From: Candidatus Poseidoniaceae archaeon
Lineage (GTDB): Archaea; Thermoplasmatota; Poseidoniia; Poseidoniales; Poseidoniaceae
NCBI GenBank assembly: GCA_030747785.1
Contig: JASLKC010000007.1
Location: forward strand, 13,530-77,529
DNA length: 64,000 nt
Reading direction: 5' to 3'
Below the pieces are notes generated by a model. That model saw nothing but the letters and a program-made list of their open reading frames with translations. It had not been told where the DNA came from and ran no database searches. Each line of letters begins with the position of its first letter. Position 1 is the first letter of the stretch. Position numbers and translations under genes: made by a program. Positions 18,628 through 28,731 of the stretch are shown here, in pieces.

Positions 18628-19503
18628 ATGGTATTTTGCCATTCATGTGGTCAAGGTGTCGAAGCCGATTGGAATGCATGCCCATTTTGTTCATCGCCAT
18701 TAATCGCTCCAACACCTGAAGTAGAGGTTGAAAGCCCTGTATATCCTTCTCCCGTGCAAAATTACGATGAATATGAATCTCCCGTGGAAAATTACGATGA
18801 ATATGAATCTCCCGTGCAGCCTTCAACTGAATATGGTCGCGGGATGTCTCAACCTGAATCCCCAGCTCCTATTTACCAACCTCAGTATCAAGTGCCACAA
18901 ATTCCAGCGCAGCAAATTCAAGTACCGCAGTATCACCAAACACCTCAAACCCAATATCTTACTACACAAAGAGGTGGAGGTGGCGGCGGAAAGGTAGTGA
19001 TTATTATCGCTGTTGTAATTGGAGTAATGGTACTATTATCGATACTTCTCTATGCCTGGGCCTCCGCTTTAGCCGGAAAAGACACTTGGTCTGGATCTGT
19101 AGATACTAGAATTCCTGATGTAAAGTGGTATGATTATGATGGATACTGGGAAATGTGGAGTTCAGATGGTCAAATTACCGGCTCGTACCCGGAAGACGAA
19201 TTTACTGACTATGACTCACTGGAGGCATATTGTAGTAATGGATATTGCACTTACACAGTTGAAAACTGGTATTTGGAAGGCGACTACTATGATGTTACCA
19301 TGGAATCAAGAGAAACTGTAGTTGGAGATGTATGGTTCACGCTCTTTACTGATATGTACTTCGATGGCGAGTGGATGGATATGGATGATGGAGAATGTTT
19401 TGCTGTTGTCCACGATGACGCATATTACAGCACTTATTCGTGGCGCCAAGAAGTCTCTCAAACAAATTGGCCAAGCTATTGTGATTCTGTTGATGAGTAC
19501 TGA
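18628..19503 (+). CDS. Zinc-ribbon membrane protein (paralog of the preceding gene) with an extracellular C-terminal domain
   Basis: Start set at ATG 18628 (MVFCHSCG...CPFC). The protein has a repeat/PQ-rich linker, a G5 tract and a TM helix. A D/Y/W-rich domain of about 150 aa follows. Confidence 0.55.
   Translation: MVFCHSCGQGVEADWNACPFCSSPLIAPTPEVEVESPVYPSPVQNYDEYESPVENYDEYESPVQPSTEYGRGMSQPESPAPIYQPQYQVPQIPAQQIQVPQYHQTPQTQYLTTQRGGGGGGKVVIIIAVVIGVMVLLSILLYAWASALAGKDTWSGSVDTRIPDVKWYDYDGYWEMWSSDGQITGSYPEDEFTDYDSLEAYCSNGYCTYTVENWYLEGDYYDVTMESRETVVGDVWFTLFTDMYFDGEWMDMDDGECFAVVHDDAYYSTYSWRQEVSQTNWPSYCDSVDEY
18751..18819 (+). repeat. 30-bp tandem repeat (2.3 copies) inside the zinc-ribbon gene
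   Basis: cccgtgSaaaattacgatgaatatgaatct occurs twice plus a partial third copy. It encodes SPV(Q/E)NYDEYE. Confidence 0.9.
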
Positions 19504-19614
19504 AATCCGCCTTAATCATCCTAAGGTTGGCTGATTAAAAATGAATAACTTTGTCTCATTTCTTGGTACAATGGGAGTAGTAACATAATTAACCATGTCA
19601 CTTGACGGCCGGGT

Positions 19615-19806
19615 ATGGCACAAGGTACTGTCAAGTGGTTCAATCAGACCAAAGGATTCGGATTTATCGAGCGAGAAGGAGAATCAGATCTCTTTGTTCA
19701 TATCTCCCAAGTAGAAGGCGAAATTAACGACGGCGACACAGTCGAGTTCGAAGTTGGCGAAGGACCAAAGGGTCCAAACGCTATCAACGTCTCCAAAGTC
19801 GAGTGA
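19615..19806 (+). CDS. csp: Cold-shock protein (CspA family, bacterial type)
   Basis: [16 protein letters not shown] (RNP1) and DLFVHIS (RNP2); 63 aa. Confidence 0.9.
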   Translation: MAQGTVKWFNQTKGFGFIEREGESDLFVHISQVEGEINDGDTVEFEVGEGPKGPNAINVSKVE

Positions 19807-19807
19807 T

Positions 19808-20257
19808 TTATTCATCGGATAAAGAGAGCAATTCTGCTCCCTGATTTACCTGCTCTCCTGCAGAGTAGTGGATTTTATCGACAATACCATTGTGGCTTGC
19901 CACAATTCGGTGTTCCATCTTCATCGCCTCCATTATCATCAATGGGTCGCCTGATGAAACTCTCTGGCCCTCCTCTACGAGTACTTCGAGTATCTTACCA
20001 GGCATTGGAGCGGTTAATTCCCCTTCATCGTCCATTCCAGAAGCACCGGGTTCAACCAATTCCAATCGGAGTGTATGTCCCAGGACATGAACCCACCAAT
20101 CATCTCCGACCTTGGTCGCATGTACCTTGAACCGGCGAGAATCTATTGTAAGCCACAACTCTTGGCCAATATCTAGAATTAAATTTTCATGATGGAACAT
20201 ATTTCCATCCTTCAGTGGGTTGATTTCAACCCGTCCAAAAGTTGTCTTGAACTCCAT
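19808..20257 (-). CDS. Biotin carboxyl carrier / BT-BCCP portion of the acyl-CoA carboxylase alpha subunit
   Basis: EAMKMEH biotinylation motif. The ATG overlaps the stop of the upstream biotin carboxylase gene (TGATG). Confidence 0.8.
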   Translation of the reverse strand: MEFKTTFGRVEINPLKDGNMFHHENLILDIGQELWLTIDSRRFKVHATKVGDDWWVHVLGHTLRLELVEPGASGMDDEGELTAPMPGKILEVLVEEGQRVSSGDPLMIMEAMKMEHRIVASHNGIVDKIHYSAGEQVNQGAELLSLSDE

Positions 20258-21747
20258 CAAGGGAACCTCCGGCTAATCGTATTGAATGGTGAAGGTGATT
20301 CACCAGTTGTGGAGAGGTTGACCCTTTTTTGTCGACCCATTCCTGAAGATTCACAAGCAGAAGCGATCAAAAGTCCAGCATCCAATATTATTGAAGGCAT
20401 GTCAGGTGTCCAACCATCGGGCCACAATCTCTCAATCATGTCAGTAGTTGTCCATCCATCTACTACATCGGGGTGGCCGCACAATTCACGCAAAAATCGA
20501 AGATTTGTGGTGCAACCCAATACTATGAATTCATCTAAGGCCCGGCTCATTCGTTGCAGTGCTTCAGCCCTAGATGGCGCCCAAACGATTAGTTTGGCAA
20601 GCATTGGGTCATAATCAGGAGTGACCGAATCGCCTTGCCTAACACCAGTGTCGAGGCGAACGCCTGGTCCTTCAGGAGGAATGAATACCGCTAATTCACC
20701 AATACATGGAAGGAAATTATTGGCGGGGTCCTCAGCATATAGCCGAACTTCAATCGCGTGACCACGTATCTGCAATTCACCACAACTCATCGGTTCGCCA
20801 GCAGCGATTCTTAGTTGCTCACGAACAATATCAACTCCAGTAACCATCTCGGTAACCGGGTGTTCAACTTGGATTCGAGTATTCATTTCAAGGAAGAAAA
20901 ATTCTCCCTTTGGAGTAACGAGGAATTCTACGGTACCCGCTCCTTCGTAATCGACGGCGCGTGCTGCCTCACAAGCAGCCTCTCCCATTTCTTCGCGAAG
21001 TTGAGCATCGAGAGCGATGCTTGGAGATTCTTCGAACACCTTCTGATGACGACGCTGTACACTGCACTCGCGTTCTCCCAAATGGATAGTGCGACCGTGG
21101 CTATCTGCAAGGACCTGAATCTCTATGTGTCGACTACCTGTTAGTAATCTCTCGACATATACCCTATCATCTCCAAAGGCGTTCAGAGCTTCTCGCATCG
21201 CCGCCTTTGCCTCTATCTCGAGGTTGTCAGGACTGTGGACGGCTCGCATCCCTTTACCGCCACCACCCGCAGTTGCCTTGAGCAATAGTGGGAATCCAAC
21301 AGAAGGAGCGACTTCAAGGATTTCAGCAAGCCCGCCTTTAACTTCTACTCCAGGAATTACTGGAACTCCCGCAGCCTTCATAGTCATACGAGCAGTCATT
21401 TTGTCGCCCATATTGGTAATCGCTTCAGCAGATGGGCCAATCCAAATTAGTCCTGCAGCGATTACAGCATTTGCGAAATCTGCCCTCTCCGAAAGAAATC
21501 CGAATCCTGGGTGTACGGAATCGCATCCATTCTCGAGTGCGATTGTGATTATCTGTTCTTGATTGAGGTAAGTTTCTGTGAGCCCCTCGCCCTTCAACTC
21601 GATTGAGATGTCAGCGAGTTCGGTGAATAGAGAAGTAGAATCATTTCCAGCAAAAACTGCAACTCCTTCAATTCCCGCTTCTCGGCAAGCCCTCAAGATA
21701 CGGCAAGCGATCTCCCCGCGGTTAGCGACGAGAACGCGTTTAATCAT
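20257..21747 (-). CDS. Biotin carboxylase (acyl-CoA carboxylase alpha, BC domain)
   Basis: MIKRVLVANRGEIACRILRA N-terminus with the ATP-grasp and BC C-terminal regions; 496 aa. Confidence 0.9.
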   Translation of the reverse strand: MIKRVLVANRGEIACRILRACREAGIEGVAVFAGNDSTSLFTELADISIELKGEGLTETYLNQEQIITIALENGCDSVHPGFGFLSERADFANAVIAAGLIWIGPSAEAITNMGDKMTARMTMKAAGVPVIPGVEVKGGLAEILEVAPSVGFPLLLKATAGGGGKGMRAVHSPDNLEIEAKAAMREALNAFGDDRVYVERLLTGSRHIEIQVLADSHGRTIHLGERECSVQRRHQKVFEESPSIALDAQLREEMGEAACEAARAVDYEGAGTVEFLVTPKGEFFFLEMNTRIQVEHPVTEMVTGVDIVREQLRIAAGEPMSCGELQIRGHAIEVRLYAEDPANNFLPCIGELAVFIPPEGPGVRLDTGVRQGDSVTPDYDPMLAKLIVWAPSRAEALQRMSRALDEFIVLGCTTNLRFLRELCGHPDVVDGWTTTDMIERLWPDGWTPDMPSIILDAGLLIASACESSGMGRQKRVNLSTTGESPSPFNTISRRFP

Positions 21748-21753
21748 GCGTGT

Positions 21754-22590
21754 TCACTCCTCGGGCTTCCAATTCGCCGGGCGTTTCTCAAGGAATGAAG
21801 ACATGCCCTCTTGCCCTTCAGCAGACCCGCGCATACGGCTGGTGTAATCCAATGTCCACTCTCTGAGACTGGCATCATCGGAATCCCATCTATCAAAACC
21901 AAGTGATAATTGCTTAGCAGCAGCAACTGCACATGGACCGGTTGTGAGAACTTCTGCAATAATAGAAGAAGGATCTAGTGAATCATCGATAGCATCAACC
22001 ATACAGATTCGGAGGGCCTCGGTTGCATCCATTTGTCCTGCTAGCATGGCATGGCGTCGATAATTTGCACTGCCCATCCTTCGATAGACGTATGGACCAA
22101 TAACGGCAGGTAGAATGCCTAACTTCCCTTCTGAAAGAGCAATCTTCACTTCAGATTTGCAAATGACATGGTCCATACACGCGATTAAGCCTGCACCTCC
22201 TCCCAAAGCTACTCCTTGAATCAAACCAATCGTGAAACATGGATGTGACCATAGGCCATTGAACAATCGATCTAAGCGTTCTGAATCACTACGGTTCTCT
22301 TCAGGAGTATTTGCTCCTGCATCTCGCATCATATTGATGTCAGCACCTGCACAGAAATGCTTGCCGTCACCAGATAGTACGATGACCCTCAGCAGTTTAT
22401 CTCCGGCATCATCAGTCAGTCTATTCTGTTCACCTACAGAATTAGCGCGAGTCCAATCGAACAATTCCACTAATTCTGTAATCATCTGTACATTCATTGC
22501 GTTATACTTCTCCGAGCGCATTAGGGTAATCCTAGCAATACTGCCATCAATTTCCAATTGCACAAGTGAAGTAGAAGGGGGGGTTTTCAT
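21754..22590 (-). CDS. Enoyl-CoA hydratase (crotonase family), likely methylglutaconyl-CoA hydratase by context
   Basis: Crotonase-fold motifs (FCAGADI, GGGAGL). The gene sits between the carboxyltransferase and biotin carboxylase genes. Confidence 0.75.
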   Translation of the reverse strand: MKTPPSTSLVQLEIDGSIARITLMRSEKYNAMNVQMITELVELFDWTRANSVGEQNRLTDDAGDKLLRVIVLSGDGKHFCAGADINMMRDAGANTPEENRSDSERLDRLFNGLWSHPCFTIGLIQGVALGGGAGLIACMDHVICKSEVKIALSEGKLGILPAVIGPYVYRRMGSANYRRHAMLAGQMDATEALRICMVDAIDDSLDPSSIIAEVLTTGPCAVAAAKQLSLGFDRWDSDDASLREWTLDYTSRMRGSAEGQEGMSSFLEKRPANWKPEE

Positions 22591-22625
22591 ATCTATTTCT
22601 CCAATTGCTTTTTTGAATTTTCCAA

Positions 22626-24236
22626 TTACATTCTAAAGACGCCAAATCGGCCAGTAGGCAATTCCGCATTTCGCGAAGCTGCAATACATAGGCCAAGGAT
22701 GTCACGAGTATCCCTTGGGTCAATAATTCCATCATCCCATAAACGAGCTGTGGAATAGTAAGGGGATCCTTCGGTCTCATATTTTTCAAGAATCGGTGAA
22801 CGGAATGTCTCAAGTTCTTCACCTTCCATAGGCTCTTTTCCTTCTCTTGCCCTTTGGTCTTGCTTGACAGTAGTAAGTACGTCTGCCGCCTGGGGTCCAC
22901 CCATTACAGAGATTCTACTATTTGGCCACATGAAGAGGAACCGAGGGTCATATGCTCGTCCACACATTCCGTAATTACCTGCACCATGTGAACCACCGAT
23001 GATTACGGTGAATTTTGGCACATTAACACATGATACCGCGGTAACGAGCTTTGCACCGTCTTTGGCAATGCCTCCTGCCTCGTAGGCCTTGCCTACCATG
23101 AAGCCAGTGATATTCTGAAGGAAGATGAGAGGAATACCACGTTGACCGCACAATTCAACGAAGTGGGCACCTTTGAGAGATGATTCGGAAAACAAGATTC
23201 CATTATTGGCCACTATACCGACCTTGTATCCGTGAATGTGAGCAAAACCACAAACCAATGTCTGGCCATATCTAGCCTTGAATTCGTGGAAACGTGAACC
23301 ATCTACAATACGTCCAATTATCTCCTTTACATCGAAAGGTGTACGGTTATCACTTGGAATTAGTCCAAGTAATTCATCAGCATCATGATGGGGTTCTTCT
23401 GATTCTATGCGTTCAAATGGTGCTAGAGTTCGACTTCCGAGATTCTCCACTACATTTCGTACCATGCGCAAAGCCTCGGGCTCATCCTCAGCGAAGTGGT
23501 CTGCCACTCCACTCTGGCTCGTGTGAACATCAGCACCGCCCAGTTCCTCAGCAGTCACTTCTTCTCCAGTTGCAGATTTGACCAGTGGAGGGCCTGCAAG
23601 GAAAATCGTTCCATTTCCCTTGACGATAATACTCTCATCGCTCATAGCAGGCACATATGCGCCGCCGGCTGTGCAGGAGCCAAGTACTGCAGCAACTTGG
23701 GGGATCCCATCTCCAGACATTCGAGCCTGGTTACGGAATATTCGTCCGAAGTGCCCAATATCAGGGAATACCTCATCCTGCATTGGAAGGAAAGCACCAC
23801 CGGAGTCTACGAGATAGATGCAGGGCAAGTTATTCTCATGAGCGATAGTTTGGGCACGTATGTGCTTTTTTACCGTCATTGGATAGTACGAACCACCCTT
23901 TACAGTTGCATCATTTGCTACGAATAGGCATTCCTTTCCGTGTACCATTCCGATGCCTGTAACAATCCCTGCTGAATGAGCACGCCCATCATAGAGTTCG
24001 AATGCCGCTAGTGGTGATAATTCGAGGAATGCAGTACCTGCATCGATAATATTCTCGATCCTTTCTCGAGCTAACATCTTTCCACGGCTACGATGTCTTT
24101 CGACATATTTGCCCCCGCCTCCTAGATTAACAGCGTCTAGTCGGGAACGAAGATTTTCGATTAGCGATAGATTGTGCTCCCGCCGCTTCAGGAAGTCAGA
24201 ATCTGCCTTGTTGACTCGCGACGGTAGTCTATCCAT
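22626..24236 (-). CDS. 3-Methylcrotonyl-CoA carboxylase beta subunit-like carboxyltransferase
   Basis: [34 protein letters not shown] and [16 protein letters not shown] closely resemble MCC-beta/PCC-beta family sequences; 536 aa. Confidence 0.85.
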   Translation of the reverse strand: MDRLPSRVNKADSDFLKRREHNLSLIENLRSRLDAVNLGGGGKYVERHRSRGKMLARERIENIIDAGTAFLELSPLAAFELYDGRAHSAGIVTGIGMVHGKECLFVANDATVKGGSYYPMTVKKHIRAQTIAHENNLPCIYLVDSGGAFLPMQDEVFPDIGHFGRIFRNQARMSGDGIPQVAAVLGSCTAGGAYVPAMSDESIIVKGNGTIFLAGPPLVKSATGEEVTAEELGGADVHTSQSGVADHFAEDEPEALRMVRNVVENLGSRTLAPFERIESEEPHHDADELLGLIPSDNRTPFDVKEIIGRIVDGSRFHEFKARYGQTLVCGFAHIHGYKVGIVANNGILFSESSLKGAHFVELCGQRGIPLIFLQNITGFMVGKAYEAGGIAKDGAKLVTAVSCVNVPKFTVIIGGSHGAGNYGMCGRAYDPRFLFMWPNSRISVMGGPQAADVLTTVKQDQRAREGKEPMEGEELETFRSPILEKYETEGSPYYSTARLWDDGIIDPRDTRDILGLCIAASRNAELPTGRFGVFRM

Positions 24237-24286
24237 TCTCTTCCCTCCTGTTCAATGCACTTTGGGCTCGGCCTTCAATCAACCGC

Positions 24287-25564
24287 TTATACCCCAAGGA
24301 TTAGACGCCCTATGTCTCTCAGTCCGGGTGCCATACCCACTATCATAACAGCAAGTACAATCAGTACTCTCAAGTGTTGCTGGCGCCGTTCTACTCTCAT
24401 CTCTGCAAATAAGTATATGATGAGAGAAATAATTGCAGCCTTTACCAAGAAAAAGAGCCAGGCTCCATTACCAATGAGTTCTAATGAGTCTCCAAATTGA
24501 ATCACAGCATCACTTACTGGATGTTTTTCTGAATATCCAAACCAATCGATTCCGACCATGGTCGCCAATCCATCGCATAATTGGCCAAATAGCATCCCTG
24601 CAACCATTGGAGTTGCAAGAATTGCCGTAGGAGTCAATTTCTCAACTGGATGTTCAGAACGGTCTTCTGACTCCCATTCTTCGAGTGTCATACCATCGGG
24701 AATCACGCCGACCTCATTGCCGGATGAACGTATTGCAATCAAGTTATCACGGCCGTATTGCCAAACTGTCCAAGCAACAACTAATGGTATGATGATTACG
24801 ACAAGAACCGGCCATAATGCAGGATTTTCCTTTGGCATTGTCCCACTTTCTTGCACCCAAGGTGTAGATGCAAGTTGGAGCCAATGGCCTAAGCCCATTA
24901 CAATAAGAGCAGAAGCAAATGCAATCATTGCTCTCGGGATTCCATGCCATCCCCAGGTATTGTGAATAACAAGATAGAGAGTAAATACTCCCGCTATTGC
25001 GCCTGACATTGCAAAGAGGACGCCCATGTCATGTTCTGCCCAATTTGGTTGGACGAGTAATCCAAAGAATAGGAGATAGCCTAAGACCAGGGCGGCAAAC
25101 ATTCCTAGTCGGTCGCGCGCAAAAATATGGCCCACAATTCCTACTGCTATCAGCCATGTTGCCAAATGAATATGGATTACTGGAGAGATGAATAGAAAAT
25201 CGGTTTCAGATCCAAAAAAGTCAGCATCTTCGAGTACCCTGAGAATTGGCGCAAGGGCGACCCATGCGATTAGAGCCCAAACCATTCTGTCCCCTGTTGG
25301 CAATTGCCAATGCCGAAACAATGCTTGGAAAACTATGACCGCACCAATCATTGTCAGGATGTAGAAAGCAGTGTTTACCAGAGAATATCCTGCATCTCCA
25401 CTTGTACCTGCATCTTTGGTTATTGGTTCCCAAACATATGGGCCAAGGAAATCTCCCCAAAACAAATCAGGGGCTACGATTAATCCACCAACAAAAATGG
25501 CAGTAATCAGGCCGTAGGCCTGAATGAAACGGAGTTCCAAAGTGGAGAGGGCCCCATCATCCAT
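24287..25564 (-). CDS. Polytopic membrane protein of unknown function
   Basis: More than 10 hydrophobic helices. Start set at ATG 25564, preceded by AGGTGAGGAG. The family was not recognised with confidence. Confidence 0.5.
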   Translation of the reverse strand: MDDGALSTLELRFIQAYGLITAIFVGGLIVAPDLFWGDFLGPYVWEPITKDAGTSGDAGYSLVNTAFYILTMIGAVIVFQALFRHWQLPTGDRMVWALIAWVALAPILRVLEDADFFGSETDFLFISPVIHIHLATWLIAVGIVGHIFARDRLGMFAALVLGYLLFFGLLVQPNWAEHDMGVLFAMSGAIAGVFTLYLVIHNTWGWHGIPRAMIAFASALIVMGLGHWLQLASTPWVQESGTMPKENPALWPVLVVIIIPLVVAWTVWQYGRDNLIAIRSSGNEVGVIPDGMTLEEWESEDRSEHPVEKLTPTAILATPMVAGMLFGQLCDGLATMVGIDWFGYSEKHPVSDAVIQFGDSLELIGNGAWLFFLVKAAIISLIIYLFAEMRVERRQQHLRVLIVLAVMIVGMAPGLRDIGRLILGV

Positions 25565-25572
25565 GCTACTCC

Positions 25573-25590
25573 TCACCTACAAGCAGGTGA
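25573..25590. repeat. Inverted repeat TCACCT-N6-AGGTGA overlapping the SD of the membrane-protein gene
   Basis: Read directly. On the minus strand the 3' arm AGGTGA is part of AGGTGAGGAG, upstream of ATG 25564. Confidence 0.7.
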
Positions 25591-25610
25591 TGAGCATTGC
25601 GTGGTCAGAA

Positions 25611-26360
25611 TCACTCTTCCTCGTGATCGTGGTCACAGTTCTCGTCGTGGACGTGCTCTTCTTCCTCTGCTTCTTCAGCAGCGACGCGAGGCTCGTGAGC
25701 CTCGATGAATGAAACCTTACCCGCATCAACAGCATCTCGTAGAACAGTGACTAAACGGAACTTCTGCATTGCAGCATTAGTGTCGAAAAGCATTGTTTGT
25801 GGAAGTGTGATTGCGATGTCATCGCCATCGAATGAAACCTCGAAACCTTCGTGGCCTGTGTTGGCCTCGAGTAGAGCTTCGACCTTCTCTTCCTTACCTT
25901 CGATTACCTTGACGATTTTGTAATCGTACTTCAGAGTGCGACCAGCCATAGGGTGGTTGTAATCGATGCGAGCTCGTCCTGCAGCAAGGTAGGAGAGAGT
26001 TCCAGTACGTCCATCGATTGTGACTGGACCACCGATGTAGAGGGACTTTGGGTCGCGAACGTGTCGAAGTAGCTTATCGATTGAGGTGGTCTCAATCATT
26101 GCCGCATCTTTCTCACCGTACGCATCAACTGCTGCGATTTCGATTGAAACATCCTTGTCTGCCTCTGCTTCTAGCAGGCTTGCTTCGAAGCCAGCGATCA
26201 ACTGTCCGCCTCCAACGATACAAACCAGTGGAGTATAGGTGCGGTCCTCTTGATGCATGTCGTGCTCTTTGGCGACATCCTCTCGGGTAGTTTCTAGCAA
26301 ATCTCCGCTATCGCCGTTATACAAGTCATAATCGACATGAACGATGGTTCCTTCTTCCAT
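25611..26360 (-). CDS. FKBP-type peptidyl-prolyl cis-trans isomerase (long archaeal/SlyD-like form)
   Basis: FKBP core with an insert-in-flap, HPMAGRTLKYDYKIVKV, an extra C-terminal domain and an acidic/His tail (HVHDENCDHDHEEE). Confidence 0.85.
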   Translation of the reverse strand: MEEGTIVHVDYDLYNGDSGDLLETTREDVAKEHDMHQEDRTYTPLVCIVGGGQLIAGFEASLLEAEADKDVSIEIAAVDAYGEKDAAMIETTSIDKLLRHVRDPKSLYIGGPVTIDGRTGTLSYLAAGRARIDYNHPMAGRTLKYDYKIVKVIEGKEEKVEALLEANTGHEGFEVSFDGDDIAITLPQTMLFDTNAAMQKFRLVTVLRDAVDAGKVSFIEAHEPRVAAEEAEEEEHVHDENCDHDHEEE

Positions 26361-26374
26361 GATTTCTCACCTTT

Positions 26375-26389
26375 GCCCCCTACGGGGGC
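26375..26389. repeat. Perfect inverted repeat GCCCCC-TAC-GGGGGC upstream of the FKBP gene
   Basis: Read directly: 6-bp arms and a 3-nt loop. It lies between the ccmF-like stop and the FKBP SD (GGTGA). Confidence 0.8.
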
Positions 26390-26414
26390 GTTTCGGCGAC
26401 CGACCCTCTCTATT

Positions 26415-28730
26415 TCAATCGGTAGGGCGCGGCAATCGACCCCAAGTTGCTAGGCTACCACCCAACATCAGTATCCATCCGCCCCAAACAAGGTGTATTC
26501 CAGGAATGTCGTAAACCATGATTCGCACCAAGTCACTTCCTTCCATCAAATTCCCTGCCTGTGTTCCATCCATTATCATTACAAGGTCGCCACTGAGCAT
26601 ACTCATCCGGTCAACTTCAGACCGGCTCGTACCTGTTGAATCAAAGCGCAATATACCCGGTTCAAGAGACCCAATATATTCTCCATCACAATAGACTTCG
26701 ATAATTACTCCGAGATAGCCGTCACCTACTTCCAGCCCTTCAGTTTCAGCGATGATCTCAGTGAAAACAAAATCATATCCTTCCCAGTGAGTAGTTTCGC
26801 CCTTCACCATAGTCACCGAATGAGCATATGTCCCACGGTCGACTATCGTTGTCGACAATACATGACCTATCACCAACAATACCAAGCCGAGATGAATTAC
26901 ATGGGCCCACATCGGAATCCCCTTTTTCTCACGACTTTCATGGATTAATGAGATGACCGCTGGCACTGCCATTAAAGCAGGAATTAGTATTACCAAAGCA
27001 ATTGAACCACGGGCGATTGATGACCCAATTTCTTTGTGCGAATCATATCCAAGAGAGTCGCCAAAGAACCATGCGATTGGAATGATAATAATTGGGGAAA
27101 GTAGGACCCACTTGACTCGCTCGGGATGAGCTCTCAATCCCCACATTGTGAGGGCTATCATCACAATTGCAATCAGGGGGGCTCCGAAGAGTTCATGAGC
27201 GTTGAATTGAATTGAATCAATACTCGAAATCAAGATTACAAGTGTTAGGCAGAGATAGAGTCCTACGGCAACAACTGGTGTCCAGAGTGCTAGTTTCTGT
27301 TGAAATGAACGTTTTGAAATATCGAAAGCAATCGAACTCTCTTCATTGGATAGAAGCCACGGTCCTACAAATGTGACCATCCCAAGTCCTGCAACCCACA
27401 TATCGAGCATCCCCGACCAAGAAGATGCAAGGAAGATTACTACGCCGGCAGCACTCCACCCCCAGCCCTTTAGATTCTCATCCTCAAGCACCATTCCAAC
27501 TGCAAATAGCAGGCTAATGATACAGAGTAAAAGGTCACGATGTAGAATAAAGAGGGCTATCATTATCAAAGGATAGACCACTCTTTTGTCAATGGAATCA
27601 TACTTCATCAATAATGGGAAAACCGGAGATAATGCAATCAGGATTAGTAGAATCTCGACAAGAGGTATCTCCCCGAGTATACTACCTCCATAAATGACGC
27701 CTGTTAAGCCAATTATTGGGAAAATAAGTAAGGATTTACTATCTATTATTGTTCCAGAACGCCAAGCAATAAATGCCGAAATTAAAACGAGAATTCCCAT
27801 CAAATAAGTGATGACTTCTACACCACTTTGGTCACCCGCTAAAACGAAAATTCTCCCAATCACGTCATTTGGAGTTGATCCGTTGGAAGAGACAACGAAA
27901 GTGTGTACACTTACGGCCCAAACTCCACCTGCTCGAGTAATCATTGTCGCAAATAAGGCAAGTGCGCCACTTGCGAGGGCGGTTCCCACCCACATAGTAT
28001 CGGTTGCTTTTCCTGGACGCGTACGTAAGTGAAGGAGCATCACCAAAGAAATCCACGGCAATAGTGAACCTGTTTCAACTGGATCCCAGGCCCAATAGCC
28101 TCCCCAGTCGAGAACGACATATGCCCACAGCCCACCAAGACCAACTCCAAGAGTGGTAACGAAGAAGGCAGGTCGTGCGATTTGAGTAAGCCTATCTTTG
28201 AGGCCAACGGTATCAGTCATAATCGATGCTAAAGCTGTGCAAGCGAGAGTTATACACAGTGAGTATGCTAAGAATACTAGAGGAGGGTGAATTACCATCA
28301 AATCAGTTTGTAGTAATTCATTGAGGCCAACACCACGGCCACCATTCGAAAGAGCGAATGGGTCTAGCCCCCAAGCGATAAGGAGGAGGACCAAACTGAA
28401 ACCATTCATCAAACGAAGACGAAGTTTTGCTGCTTGACCGGATTCTCCATTGAATGGTTTACCCCAAATCGTTGCGAGCAATCCCATCCACATTACCCAC
28501 AATAGAATTGGACCTTCACGTGCAGCCCAAGTGGCTGCAAATCGATAGCGGTTAGGTAGATCCTCTGCACCATATTTTGCGACAAGGGCAATCGATTCAT
28601 CATCGGCGAGGAATAGCATTGATAGCACAAGGAATGGGAAACCCATGAGCCATGATGCTTTGCGAGTAGGGCGGTAAACCATCAGTCCTGCAAAGAGAAC
28701 ATATGCCGGCATTATTGCCCAATACATCAT
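26415..28730 (-). CDS. ccmF: Cytochrome c biogenesis heme-handling protein (CcmF/CcsA family)
   Basis: Trp-rich WGGYWAWDPVETGSLLPW (WWD) motif and more than 12 TM helices. Start set at ATG 28730, 1 nt after the GGR stop; the longer GTG start at 28781 would overlap GGR by 50 nt. Confidence 0.75.
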   Translation of the reverse strand: MMYWAIMPAYVLFAGLMVYRPTRKASWLMGFPFLVLSMLFLADDESIALVAKYGAEDLPNRYRFAATWAAREGPILLWVMWMGLLATIWGKPFNGESGQAAKLRLRLMNGFSLVLLLIAWGLDPFALSNGGRGVGLNELLQTDLMVIHPPLVFLAYSLCITLACTALASIMTDTVGLKDRLTQIARPAFFVTTLGVGLGGLWAYVVLDWGGYWAWDPVETGSLLPWISLVMLLHLRTRPGKATDTMWVGTALASGALALFATMITRAGGVWAVSVHTFVVSSNGSTPNDVIGRIFVLAGDQSGVEVITYLMGILVLISAFIAWRSGTIIDSKSLLIFPIIGLTGVIYGGSILGEIPLVEILLILIALSPVFPLLMKYDSIDKRVVYPLIMIALFILHRDLLLCIISLLFAVGMVLEDENLKGWGWSAAGVVIFLASSWSGMLDMWVAGLGMVTFVGPWLLSNEESSIAFDISKRSFQQKLALWTPVVAVGLYLCLTLVILISSIDSIQFNAHELFGAPLIAIVMIALTMWGLRAHPERVKWVLLSPIIIIPIAWFFGDSLGYDSHKEIGSSIARGSIALVILIPALMAVPAVISLIHESREKKGIPMWAHVIHLGLVLLVIGHVLSTTIVDRGTYAHSVTMVKGETTHWEGYDFVFTEIIAETEGLEVGDGYLGVIIEVYCDGEYIGSLEPGILRFDSTGTSRSEVDRMSMLSGDLVMIMDGTQAGNLMEGSDLVRIMVYDIPGIHLVWGGWILMLGGSLATWGRLPRPTD

Positions 28731-28731
28731 C

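Noticed and set aside
20250-20265. The split of the carboxylase alpha subunit read as a frameshift pseudogene.
   Set aside because: The TGATG stop/start overlap with an in-frame ATG looks like ordinary translational coupling. It is kept as two CDSs and flagged for read-level checking.
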